Shown here piece by piece: positions 12,472 to 24,149 of a DNA stretch of 64,000 nt. Source of the stretch: Callorhinchus milii (taxonomy: Eukaryota); assembly GCF_018977255.1 (NCBI RefSeq), contig NW_024704743.1, positions 73,906,001 through 73,970,000 on the forward strand. Direction: 5' to 3'. Each line of letters opens with the position of its first letter. Position 1 is the stretch's first letter. The notes under the pieces were generated by a model. That model had not been told where the DNA came from. It made no database searches and saw only the letters and a list, made by a program, of their open reading frames with translations. Made by a program: the position numbers and the translations under genes.

Positions 12472-13259
12472 TATAATAATAATAATCCTTGCATTTGGTA
12501 TAGCAACTTTTACATCGGGAGAACTTTCCAAAGCGCTTTATAGGATTTACTGCGAAGTGGAGTGACTGTATTTCTGAATGAGCACAGCAGCCAATTTATA
12601 CATAGCAATGTTATAATAATAATAATCCTTGCAGTTGATATAGCGCTTTTCACGTCGGGAGGACATCCCAAAGTGCTTCACAGAACACACTGTAAAGTGA
12701 ATTGATTGTATATTTGTGGGCGAACGCGGCAGCCAATTGCGCACAGCAATGTCCCACAAACAGTCGTAGATTGAAAATGACCAATTTATTATTGTTTTTG
12801 GAGGGATTATTATTAGGCTCTGTGTGGAGTAAGGAAACTTGCCCAAGGTTTCGCCCTCTGCCTGGAATTGAACTCAGGTCTTTCACTTGCAAAGTGAGTG
12901 CTCTAACCACTGAGCTACAGGACTCCACACAGGCATTTCATGCTGTTAATGTTCCACCATTAACAGCATGAAATGAATGACCAATTTTATTTAAGAGATT
13001 ATTGGCCGGGACACTGGGAGAAACTGCCCTCTCTTTTCGAATAGTGCCCTGGGATCTTTAAAATCCATTGAACAGGCAGATGGGACCTCAGTTTAATGTC
13101 TGATCCAAAGGACAGCACCTCCGACAATGAAACACACCCCACAGCATTGGATTGGAGTGTCACCATAGACTGGGTGATTCCAAGTCCCGACGTGGGGCTT
13201 GAACCCATAACCTTCTTGACTCTGAAGCAAGAAGTGCTACCAACTGAGCCAGGCTAACA
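12472..13259 (-). mobile_element. Deu-domain SINE (family B) split by a family-A SINE
   Basis: Tail at 12472-12612; body and tRNA head at ~12950-13259 (rc: gttagcctggctcagttggtagcact...gggttcaagcccc...ggaggtgctgtcctttggat...aaagatcccagggcactatt). Confidence 0.85.
12613..12928 (-). mobile_element. Young tRNA-derived SINE, family A
   Basis: rc: GTGGAGTCCTGTAGCTCAGTGGTTAGAGCAC...GAGTTCAATTCC; retains many CpGs; (TTA)n tail. Confidence 0.92.
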
Positions 13260-14195
13260 ATAGATATCCCAATAATACTTCATTATACACATAATGCAAT
13301 ACTGCTTTAATTAATTAACCACCCTATTTCTCTTTATTAGTGCGTACTGTCAACAATTAGTATATTTACTTTGTAGCTTAACCTCCAAATAGACTTAGGC
13401 CAATTTGCCATGAATATAACTGGAATGAAAAAGTAAAGAAATTGTCAAAACATAAACACCCTATGACCTCCAGATCTTTGCTGAAGTAATGAAAATCTAA
13501 CCCATTCTAAAATAAATACTGAAAAGAACAAAAATAAGTAATGCAGTCATCAATCATCAACAGTAGACAAGTTCCTTTTTAGGATATAAGGGAGTGAAAC
13601 GGAAGCCAGATCATTGTTTTTCTTTGCTTAAATAGATATCGTATGTGACACATCAATGCTACGCTTATTTTAGTTCACACAGGCTTCTTTTACAAATACT
13701 TGTTTGACAAATTTAAGGACACATTATCTGACTATTAACTCATGAAATCTGTGGGTTGCAATACTAATATACATATATTCCAGAAGGTGTAATTTTTGCA
13801 GGATACATGTGTGTTTTGATAATCCTTGCATTTGATCTAAATTCTTGCATTTGAAATTAGGGATGTCCTTCTGACGTGAAAGGCGCTTATAAATGCAATT
13901 TGTTGTTGATGTTCAAATTGATTTTATGAATATTACCGGAACATTGATTCCTCACTATCTTTAATTCCTATTAATCTTAGCTTCTAAAACCATTTTGTTT
14001 CTAAATATATGATCTTGTAGAATTGTGGAAGATTCTTAAATTCTGTTTATTTAGTAAAACAGTTTGCAAGTTGTGACTGAATTTAAGAATTTTCCACAAT
14101 TTTGCATTAAAATGCTCTCAAGCCTAACAACATGAGAGCTTTCAAACCTTGCATTCATTCATTTGTCTCTAATGAGTTTTCTGTCTTTGTTTCAG

Positions 14196-14276
14196 CTCAA
14201 ATAAAGATAATCCTGACAGCAACACTGTCCAGCTACAGATTGATATCACCGCAGTCGCTCATGTCAATGTTTGGGG
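14196..14276 (+). CDS. ITGA8: ITGA8 exon: (S)SNKDNPDSNTVQLQIDITAVAHVNVW(G)
   Basis: tttcag|C...GG|gtaagt; 81 bp; SNKDNPDSN matches alpha-8 as recalled. Confidence 0.95.
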
Positions 14277-16309
14277 GTAAGTGCAGTGCTTTTGTCTTTT
14301 TCTATGTTTCTGTATTTAGATGCCTATTGCTCCTACCTATTTGAGTAAGCTGAAAAACATTCTCTGACACCATGGTTCTTGAGGTGCAGAACACAGTAAA
14401 TCATCCTTATATTTCATTTAGGGCCTTTCACCTAAAGTGTACTGGCTGTGTTTTTGGAGGTGAATAGAATACAATTTGTATAACACCTTCCACATTTCAT
14501 GTCGAGACGACGACTCAAAACATTTAACGTTGCTGGCTGGACACCCAAGAACGTGACATTAAGACTAAGGTGCAAATGCATTCTGAACCTCCATCGGTTT
14601 CACATTGTCTCTGTAATCCCGGAGAGCATTTACAGTGAAATGAGATTCTGAAAGGATGAGATCAAATAACCTAAAGGACTTTCATCCCCCGAACCCCTCT
14701 TTTGATTATCTATGAATAAGACTCCGTTTACCATTTGCAGTATCATTTGAATTTTAAGACTGTGCTTTTTTCTACTGCACTATAAATCACCAAGCACCTA
14801 ATTTATTGTACTGCAACATCAAAAAAGGATAAGCACGTGTGCATTTGTGTTGGTTATGAGCTGTGCAAGTCTGAACCATTGAATGTTTAAAAGAGAGATA
14901 GACAGATTCTTGAGTAGAACAAGCATTGAGGGATTTGGTAAAAGGTATTAAAAGATCTGCCAAGATTAATGGCTTCCTAGTGTTTCCGTTGTCCTATGTT
15001 TCTATATTGGGGTGTCTCTGAAGGTCTGTAAATTTCCGATTGAGTTTAAAATACAACATTTTCAAACTCCCGTGTTCTGTAGGTTTACTGCCATTTATAT
15101 TTATACATAGATAATATCTATAATATAGATAATTATTTGGGATGGATAAGTTTGCAGGGCTTTGGGGAGAGAGGGGGGGAGTGGGATTGAATTGGATAGC
15201 TCTTTTCAAAGAGCCGGCACAGACACGATGGGTCGAATTGCCTCCTTCTGTGCTGTATAATTTTTCTGATTTAGACATCACCCATTTCCTATTGAGGTAA
15301 AAATGTAGTGTTACACATGTGACAATGTGTGACTACAATGGGAAATCCCTGACATTGCTTGGAGATATATGTAACACTAAATGGAATTTTTACCCAATTT
15401 TGAGGGTAAAATATATCAGAGTTTTGGTTTCCAAAGTTTGTGTGAAATAAATTATCCGCATTTTATCACTGTACTAAAATATTCTCAGATTATTATTATT
15501 ACTACAGTTATTATCATTAATAACAGTACTCCTTACATTTGGTTAGCACCTTTCATGCCAAGGAGGATATGTCATGTCTCGAAAGCATTCAAAATAAAGT
15601 ACTTGTAATAATAATAATCCTTGCATTTGATAACAAATATGTATTTAATTCAATTTTAGCTTGATAGCATAATACAAATATAGGAGAAATATGCAGAAAT
15701 ATTGCATTTTTGTTTGTTTTAAGAAAACCTATCTAGATGAAAATTAATTTAATTTGATTTGTCAATGAAGATTTAAAATATTTCATCTCTATGGGAAGCA
15801 TTATATGAAGCTCTGTGGGAACTACCCCATTTGGTGCTTCCTCCAGATGGAATGATTGAGAAGGCAATACTGGGTAAATCTTTCACCTGAGCTTGTACTG
15901 CTTTGTAAGGCATTGAAGCTGCTACCATAAAATTGGTCATAGATAGCCAACATTTTACATGCCCTCTATCTAAGAATGAGGAATGCCAGCGCTACATGAA
16001 ACAAGTTCGAATATTCAGCATTAAATTAATTGATGAAGTTATAATGAGGTTGCCTAACTACTCTGTAATTTGCTTCCTTCCTGTGTGTTGCTTTTGTTTT
16101 TTATAAAGCCCGTCATTTCAATCGACATTCCTCTCATTTACTCTTGCATTCCACTCTGCTGCTCCAGGCCATGTCGCTATCAGTTGGTGAGCTAAACCTT
16201 CAGAATTATTTCCATTTTTGATTTTGTTTTTCCTGGGCCAAAATGTCAGAGAGAATCCAGGCAAAGGTAACCAAATCAAACATGATCCCTCATCTTCCTC
16301 CTCCAGTGA

Positions 16310-16735
16310 TTATAATAATCCTTTCATTTGATATAGCATCTTATCACGTTATTGAGATATTTTAAAATGCTTAATAGGGTTTCACTGTAAAGTGCTGTGA
16401 CTGTATATTCTGGAGGCAGACGATTTGCACGCAGCAATGTCCTACAAACAGCCGTGAAGTGAGTGAACAATTGTATCTGGGGGATTGTTGGCCAGGACAC
16501 TGGAAGAAACTCCCTTCTCATTAGTATCACTAGATCTTTAACATGTACCTGAACAGGCAGACAAGATCTTGGGTTAACATCTCACCAGAAGGACAACATC
16601 TCCAACAATGCAGTGCTCCCCCAGCACTGTACTGAAATGTCAGCCTAGACTGAGTTCAAAGTCCTAATGTAGATCTTGAGCCCATAATCCTGTGACTCAG
16701 AGGCAATATTGCTTCCAAATGAACCAGGCTGATAC
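16310..16735 (-). mobile_element. Deu-domain SINE, family B (full length, diverged)
   Basis: Colinear with 12472-13259 from tail to head. Confidence 0.8.
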
Positions 16736-17914
16736 AGTTGTTCTCTCCTCTTCTGTAGTCACTGGCAATCTCTGGGACACCCCCTAAGTGGCTGTTCTAC
16801 ATTTGTCAGCCGAGTAGGTATTGGATATATTTGACTAAAGGTGATAACCACAAAGCCTGATCTTTGTCCTCACCTAGCATCAGAAATTTCACACATTCTC
16901 AGGCTTAAGATGATTGTTTTAAAATTTAAGTTGAATTTGGAAAAATCTTTTTCCACACTACGTAAAAAAAACTGCGTAAATTTGGCTTCCATAACAAAAC
17001 TATATTTTTGCACAATTTAAAATTTTACACTAAAAACATGAGAAATGTCAGGTGTTTGATGCCCCCATATGCACACACTTCAGAGCAGGGGTCAATAGAT
17101 AGTAATTAGGAGCAGGAAGCTTGGTTCCTTTTCCTTCCCTAAGTTAGGGGGCAGTAACTATAGTACCGCCAATAGTGCCCTTGCTGATCGTAGTCAGAGC
17201 ATTGGACCTTCCAGGTTTGTATTGTTCTGCAATCTTAAAGCTAAAATATTCTTCTATTGACATGTTGTAGGCTTCTGGTTGTATAGCCAGGAACTAGTTA
17301 AAAGTATTTTAGTTGCTACCCCCATGTGTTTTGAAGATGCTCAGGGCTTTATATTGGAGGCTGGATCCAGAAATCCTTGTGTGATTTCTGCCCTGGATTC
17401 TGACTCTGACTGGCAGTGACCCAAGAATAAAGAGGATTGCTCAGTGCTGTAAGTCTTGAAACTAAGCCGACCTTCACTGAGAATGTTTGAGTGTCTTCAG
17501 ACCAGACGGCGCTAGGAATAAAAGTAATATAGCAGGTGGGCTCTCTCAGTCCATACTTGACTGGCAGGGCAGCCAAAAAGATTTTTTCCTAATGAAAAAC
17601 AATAGCTTGTCTTAAATAGTGATCAAATTAACACAAAAAGGGAAGCCCTTAGTTCCGCAAGGAAAGAAAAAAATTGAAAATGTTGCAGAGTTACCCAATT
17701 CCCTCCTTTCCCCCTCTTGACATTGAGGTTTTGTTACTGGGTCGCTTGATTTCCCCCTTGATTTAAATGTTCTGCTCTTCTAGCTGTGGAACACGATTGC
17801 AGCTACCTCATGGGTCACAGTACAAAATAAAGAGAGGCTGCCAGCGTACGCTAGAAAAAGAATAAGGGCTTCCCCTGCTGCGTTTGGAATAATTAAAAAT
17901 AGTGGAAATAAAAA

Positions 17915-18050
17915 ATCAAACTGCAGATGTTGGAAGTCTGACACGAAAACAGAAATGCTGGAAATCTACAGCAGGTCAATTGAAGGGCAAATCAACAGCC
18001 AACCTTCCACTTTCAGATGTGAACTGACCGGCTGTGGATTTCCAGCATTG
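17915..18050. mobile_element. Degraded palindromic element of the same family as 20452-20671
   Basis: Inverted arms 17954-17978 and 18025-18049 (23/25 match); ctgcagatgttgga...aaaacagaa end shared with the 20.5-kb element. Confidence 0.65.
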
Positions 18051-19439
18051 TCTAATAATTAAGTCTTTGATTGAGGGGGACCTTTGTCTCCATCACTGAA
18101 CTCGCTGAGGTAAAGCATGACAAAACTCACTTATTACATTCAGTTTATGATCTTATTGTTCATGCCAGCAGTACACCAACCTCCTGGGTCCTCGAGACTT
18201 GGCTCAAAACTCAAACAAAAATCATTTGTATATATGTGCAATGCTGAGCAGTTTGATTTGGATACTTGTGATGGGTTTCTGTGTGTGTCAGACACCCGGC
18301 TGACCAAAAATAAATTGTTTACTCCTAACTAATCTCTGATCTATTCCCAGTAATGTTTTGAGTTAAATTAGTATCTACAAAATTTGAGTGTCTTATAATA
18401 ATCCTAACATTTGATATAGCATTTTTCACATCTGGAGGACATCTTAAAATGCTGCACAGGATTTACTGTGAAGTGGAGTGATTGTGTATTTTTGTAAACT
18501 AACTAGTTGGAAATCTTATTCCATGCTGTTCAGTAAATGTTCTTACCTTGGCAAGGCAGTGCGTCCCGGTCACCAGTAAATTTACTGACCTCAGTGGACC
18601 AAACGTGCCATGGTGTCCGCTAGTCGGTAAATAATAATTTAGCAATGACCGGAAAATCGTTCCCTTATGTTTTTTCTTCACCTTCCAGATTGTTGTTCTA
18701 ACTGTTGGCTGCGCTGATCATTTTAAGTGAGTTCCTCATGTCAGGATGAATGCTCATTTTTGTTTCAACAGTGAAGGGAATAGACCTATTTCAGTAAGTG
18801 CTGTAGTATGATGATTGATTGCTCCTACATGGGCTGACCATTGCTGGTCTATTTCCTCTCCCTTGATTAGATCACTGCACAGCCAAATTAGGCACTAAAG
18901 AGTGTAATAGTTGCACAGCTCCCCTCTACATTGCTTCAGATCAAATCATTCATAACCCAGTAATGTACTTTCTTCAAAAAGTATCCAGTCTAACCGGAAC
19001 ATTAACACACTACCTAGGTCACAAATTTAAAATAATTCTAGTAAACAATTCATATAATTAGCCCCAATTGCTTTCATGGCAGGTGAAATTACAGTACTAT
19101 TATCATTCCTGTCTGTTGACTGCACTCTGCCATAATGTGGTCAGAGTAAAATTGCTTGACTTTGTTCCAATGATGCACGTCCATTTAGGAACATAGGAAA
19201 AGAGTAACAGAGAGAGGCTGTTCAGCGTATCAACCAGTTCCATCAGTTTATTAGATTTTAGCATATTTTTTAATAATAATAATACTTGCATTTGATATAG
19301 CGCCTTTTTGTGTCATTGATACGTCTCAAAGCATTTCACAAAATATGCTGTAATGTGGATTGACTGTATATTTTGTTGGAGAAACGCATCATATCCCGAT
19401 ATGAAATTGCGTATCATGACTCATTGGCATAATCCCAAT

Positions 19440-19780
19440 AGTTTGCCATTTCACCATATTCCTTTACATTTCTACTACCCAAGCATCTGTCCATCTCTCT
19501 TTTAGGCATCCCTATCGAATCCACCTCTACAGCTTTCTAGGACAGATGATTCCACATCTTCAGAGTCCCTGCGTCAAGAAATGCTTCCTAACTTCAGTCC
19601 CAACTGTCTTTGCTCTGATTTGAAGCCTCTGCCCTCCTTGTAACGGATCCCTCTACCAAAGGAAAGAATCGTACACCACCTAACCTGTCAGATCATTTTA
19701 TTATTTTAAATACTTAATCAAATCACCCTTTAATCTCCTCAGCTCTAAGGCATATAACTCTGGTTTGTTTATGACCAAAC
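19440..19780 (-). mobile_element. CR1 LINE 3' fragment (old)
   Basis: Translates to LYALELRRLKGDLIKYLK, the CR1 ORF2 C-terminus. Confidence 0.75.
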
Positions 19781-19839
19781 AGCAGTTGTGTTTCTTGTGG
19801 AAGTAAAAGCAGAAAATCCTGGAAATGGGTAACAGGTTA

Positions 19840-20175
19840 TCAGAAGAAAATGCTTCACAGGTAATTACTGTTAAGTATAGGGACTGTTTTTTTAAAAGCA
19901 AAAGTGGCAGCCAATTTGCATCAGCAAGGCTTCACAAATAGCCATGATGTGAAAAAACACTATTGGCCAGGATACCAGGAGGAATGTAGGAAAGTCCCTT
20001 CTCTTTTCAAATTGAATCTTTACCAGAGTACACAGATGGATTCTTGGTTTAACATCTCATCTGAAGGATAGCACTTTCTCTGCTATCTAGTACTGCAGTA
20101 TCACTCTGAGCACAAATCTCAACATGGAGCTTAAATCCATGATCCTCCTGCTTAATATTTCCTGAGCCAACTCAC
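19840..20175 (-). mobile_element. Deu-domain SINE, family B (degraded)
   Basis: gcagccaatttgca...ttggccaggatacc...ggtttaacatctcatctgaaggatagcac...ctgagccaa. Confidence 0.7.
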
Positions 20176-20451
20176 AACAGTTCCTGCTTCCTTTCTTGAC
20201 TCCTTTTTCCATCTATTGGAGTATAGTTCCACAGGAACCTATTGCTCTCCAGTTCTTTGCCCATGTGTCCATTATTTATTTGTGAGCCTTACAATGAGTT
20301 TTGGAAGGTTATTTAACATCGGATAAAATCACAGCCACATCACGTGTCATTGTGACTTTTTGGGGGTCAGCCCAAAACCGCATGGGTCTGACACAAGCTT
20401 AAGAGTATCCAAACCGAGAATTCCATAAATGCTACCAATGCATGTAAATTA

Positions 20452-20671
20452 GCATAACACAGAATTTGCTGGGAACACTCAGCATCTACGGAGAAAGGAA
20501 AGTGACTCAACATTTCGGATCCATGACCCTTCCTCAGTTCTGACGAAGGATCGTGGACCCAAAACGTTGATTCACTTTCCTTTCTCCATAGATGCTGCCT
20601 GACCTGCTGAGTGCTCCCAGCGACTTCTGTTTTTGTTTCCGATTTCGAGCATCTGCAGTATTTTGCGTTTA
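20452..20671. mobile_element. Palindromic Penelope-type non-autonomous element with hammerhead-like cores; 10-bp TSD
   Basis: 58-bp inverted arms (20480-20537 and 20540-20597); ATGTAAATTA at 20442-20451 and 20672-20681; CTGACGA...AAAACGTT on +, CTGAGGA...GAAATGTT on -. Confidence 0.75.
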
Positions 20672-21064
20672 ATGTAAATTACCATGTTTGGAATGCAATA
20701 CACACTCTCTCCCTGGAGGGAAGCATCCTTCTTACCTAATTCCAGAGAATATTAGGTGCATGTTGGCAAGATCCAAGGCTTAATTACTTTCTATGAAGGG
20801 AAATGACTGTATGACAGTGCAAGACACTGAGGCAGGAAGGAGCAGTTGGTGAAGTGGTGGACATTTTCTTCTCTCACTTGGTTTATATAATGCAACAAGG
20901 ACATTTTACAAGCAGCAAGAAATAGGCGTCAGAGTTATCAGGCTAATTTCATGCTGTTTCCAGACTAACCTAATCATTAACTCACAATTCTGAGTCTCGA
21001 GAGTGAAACTTTCCTTGGAAAAAAAGTGTCAGTAAAGATTGTGAGTGCATTGAAATGTACAGTG

Positions 21065-21330
21065 TTGTCTGTCCTCGGTCCTCTCCTCTTCAACTTGTAT
21101 GTGCTCCCTCTTAGTGACATCATCCGCAGACATGGGGTCAACTTCCACATGTATGCAGATGACACCCAACTCTATCTCTATGCCTCCACCCTCGACCCCA
21201 GGACAACTGATGTCCTGACAGACTGCCTGTCGCACATCAAGTCCTGGATGAGAGCCAACTTTCTACAGTTGAATGTCAGCAAGACTGAGAAGACTGAAGC
21301 TCTCCTGATTGGCTCCCGTCAGCACACTAT
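21065..21330 (+). mobile_element. L2-clade LINE reverse-transcriptase fragment
   Basis: [11 protein letters not shown]...[11 protein letters not shown]...[15 protein letters not shown]. Confidence 0.92.
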
Positions 21331-22749
21331 TGGCCAGGAATGCCAGGTGGACACATGGGACGGGGCACATGGTGCTGATATTATTTCCTCCCAGTGAGAT
21401 TTCTGGAAACCTCTTGATGTTGGCTTGAAGGATTGGGAGGGTCTGTGAGGATTGGCTGGCAAAATACCATGTTCAGGCAGTCCATAGAATTATAGAATTA
21501 TGCAACACAGAAGGAGGCCATTCGGCCCATCGTATCTGTGCACGATGTCTGTGCCAACTGTGTACATTGTCTCTGTACCACGTTACAGTGCATTGCTGAA
21601 CTGTGCATTGGTTCATGACAGGAGGATTTGTCTATCATCTGTAGATTGTTCTCACAAGTTAGTTTTTCAGTTCAAAAATTACCACTAAGAAATACTGTAA
21701 AATTGACTCGATTATTTCTATTTTGTTGTGAATTATTTGGATCACAAAAATGGCACTGTAGACTGTGGCATTGGATATATATTCTCGTAAGCAATGGCTG
21801 CTCTTTCTGTGAATATAAATAGATTGTAAGCAATGGTAAGAGTTTCAGGAAATTATCCTTATTTGTTTAAGATTGTGTGTGAGTATGTGTGTATGCTCCA
21901 ACAGTGGGATCTAATTTGCAGGGATTCATAAATGGAGAATCCTATATGTACTTGTGCCTTGATGTGTTTTTATTCACTGGAACTCTGGTCGGGCAGAGTT
22001 CAGCGTCAGACTTCCATGGAAAAACAAGTAATACTTCATCAGAGATTGAAACCGAAAGGTGAAGTACAGTTTCCACATATTCTGGGCACTTTTGCTTCAC
22101 TCACCAGTGATGTGTAGATGTGTAAAATTACTATAAGACACTTGGCCCAAAGATATTAAGGCATTGGAGACTCCAAAGTATATATTGGGGATCCTGCTGA
22201 ATTTAATCAGCATACATAGGATAGTGTACCAGTACGAAGAAATGGTAAACTTCCCACTTTTTCTCCAGCTTGTACATTCCTATCTGCTAGATAAGGGTTC
22301 TCAGAGATCTTCTTCTCCTCCATACCAAGTTTCACTGATAAGACAGGGTTGTTGGCCGCTCATCAGCATTGCCTTCAAGTACTGCAGATCTGCTTGGCTG
22401 AGATATAAGATAACCGAGTCCAGCTGACCTCGCTCTGCTCTCCATTCACCGGATATCAAAATAGAGCCAACACCACCCCAGAGAGACCTTGCTTAACTTC
22501 CCCAAGGGAGAATAGTCACAACTATTACAGTGAGTAGGAGTTAAACAGCTGAGAGATTGAACAATGTTGGACAGATAAGTGATCTCTTTCAGCTAATGAA
22601 GCTTTTTTTATGTAATAATAATAGCAAATATATGATTATTTATGTATCTTCCATGGATAACAGTTGAGCCTTTATTCATTATTGTTGAATCTCCCAGCCT
22701 GACCACAAAGACCGAGCCTCACATCTAACCTGTTGTGTTCCTCTTGTAG

Positions 22750-22855
22750 AGTGTCACATCCGGAGCAAATCGTCTTGCCGATGACAAACTGGGAGAGTAA
22801 AGACAAACCTAAGAAAGAGGAAGACGTTGGACCCTTGGTTCAGCATGTTTACGAA
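22750..22855 (+). CDS. ITGA8: ITGA8 exon (calf-2 start): (G)VSHPEQIVLPMTNWESKDKPKKEEDVGPLVQHVYE
   Basis: ttgtag|A...GAA|gtgagt; 106 bp; phase consistent. Confidence 0.95.
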
Positions 22856-23289
22856 GTGAGTTTTTGGACATCTTTCTCTTAGTCCTTTGCAAAAAGATCT
22901 ACTGAAAGAATAACTCTGGTGACTAAAGCTTTGCTCTGCAGTTTTGAATCAACAGAAGGGTGAGACATGGGAATATACAGAAAATAACATTATAGTAATT
23001 TTGACCAAAAGTAAAATGTGCACTATTAGGAGAAATTTGCAGAAAGAGGCTGAGTAGATTGGGGTTCATGCCACAAACCATTGGAACTCCCTGCCACAAT
23101 GCCTTCACTTCGCCCCCTCGTTACTCATCTTCAAGTCTGACCTGAAGACTTCCCTCTTTGACCATGTGTACGGTTACCTCCCCTTTGTCCTCAGCTTGGT
23201 GCCATTGTTCATTTCTCAAAGACACTATCCCATGTGAAGGGAGCTGTAAATATGCAAGTTGTTTTTGTTGTTACATTCTTTATAGTAGA

Positions 23290-23612
23290 GTGGGTTCAGG
23301 GGTGATTTGATTGAGGTATTTAAAATAATGAATTGACAGGTTAGAAAGCAGACAACACTTCTCTCTGGTAGAAGAATCCATTACAAGGGGCAGAGGCTGA
23401 AATCAGAGGCAGAGCTGCACAACATTTCATCACACAGAGAGTTGAGACGATGTGGAATGCTCAGCCCCAAAAAGCTGTAGGAGTGGAATCAATAGGCAGA
23501 TACTGAGCAGTAAAGGTATTGGGGGCTTCAGCATTGGGATTAAACAATCTGCCAAGATCTAATATAATCGTGGAAATGGCCTCCTCCTGCTCCTGGTCTC
23601 CTGTGGTCCTAT
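23290..23612 (+). mobile_element. CR1 LINE 3' end (old)
   Basis: aggggtgatttgattgaggtatttaaaat...cacagagagttg...tggaatg...aatggcctcctcctgctcct tail. Confidence 0.7.
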
Positions 23613-23990
23613 ATTTTTTGCTGGCCATGCGTGTGAATCGCCCCTGACTTCAGCCCCAAATCCGATAGTAAAATTTTCAGTGCCAACATCTTGATTTTTC
23701 TCCAGTGGCTCCAATTGTTGTCCCTTATTCTGGAATTTGGCATTTCAACAGCTTGACATAATTATGAAATTTTCACAAGAATTCTTTTGAGCACATCTGT
23801 AGCCTTTAGCAATATGCAAACCTTCCTATCTTATCTTTAATTCCACTGTGAAATGTATTTTTGGTGCCTATCCACTCTGTACTTAGTGAAAATCGTGTCT
23901 TTACATCATGAGCAGGAAGGGCTTCCTGTTTGCAGGAAGGGCTACAATATTATGTAAAATGATATTTTAAACAAACGCTGTTTTATTTAG

Positions 23991-24149
23991 CTGCACAACA
24001 GTGGACCGAGTACGATCAGTGACGCAGTGATGGAAGTGGGTTGGCCCAGTCGCTATCGCGAGGAATATTTGCTGTACATCCTTCAAATTCAAACAGATGG
24101 ACCTTTGTACTGCTGGATAAACGCAACCATCAATCCACTGCAGCTAGAG
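23991..24149 (+). CDS. ITGA8: ITGA8 exon: LHNSGPSTISDAVMEVGWPSRYREEYLLYILQIQTDGPLYCWINATINPLQLE
   Basis: atttag|CTG...GAG|gtgggc; 159 bp; LxNxGPS and LLY motifs. Confidence 0.95.
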
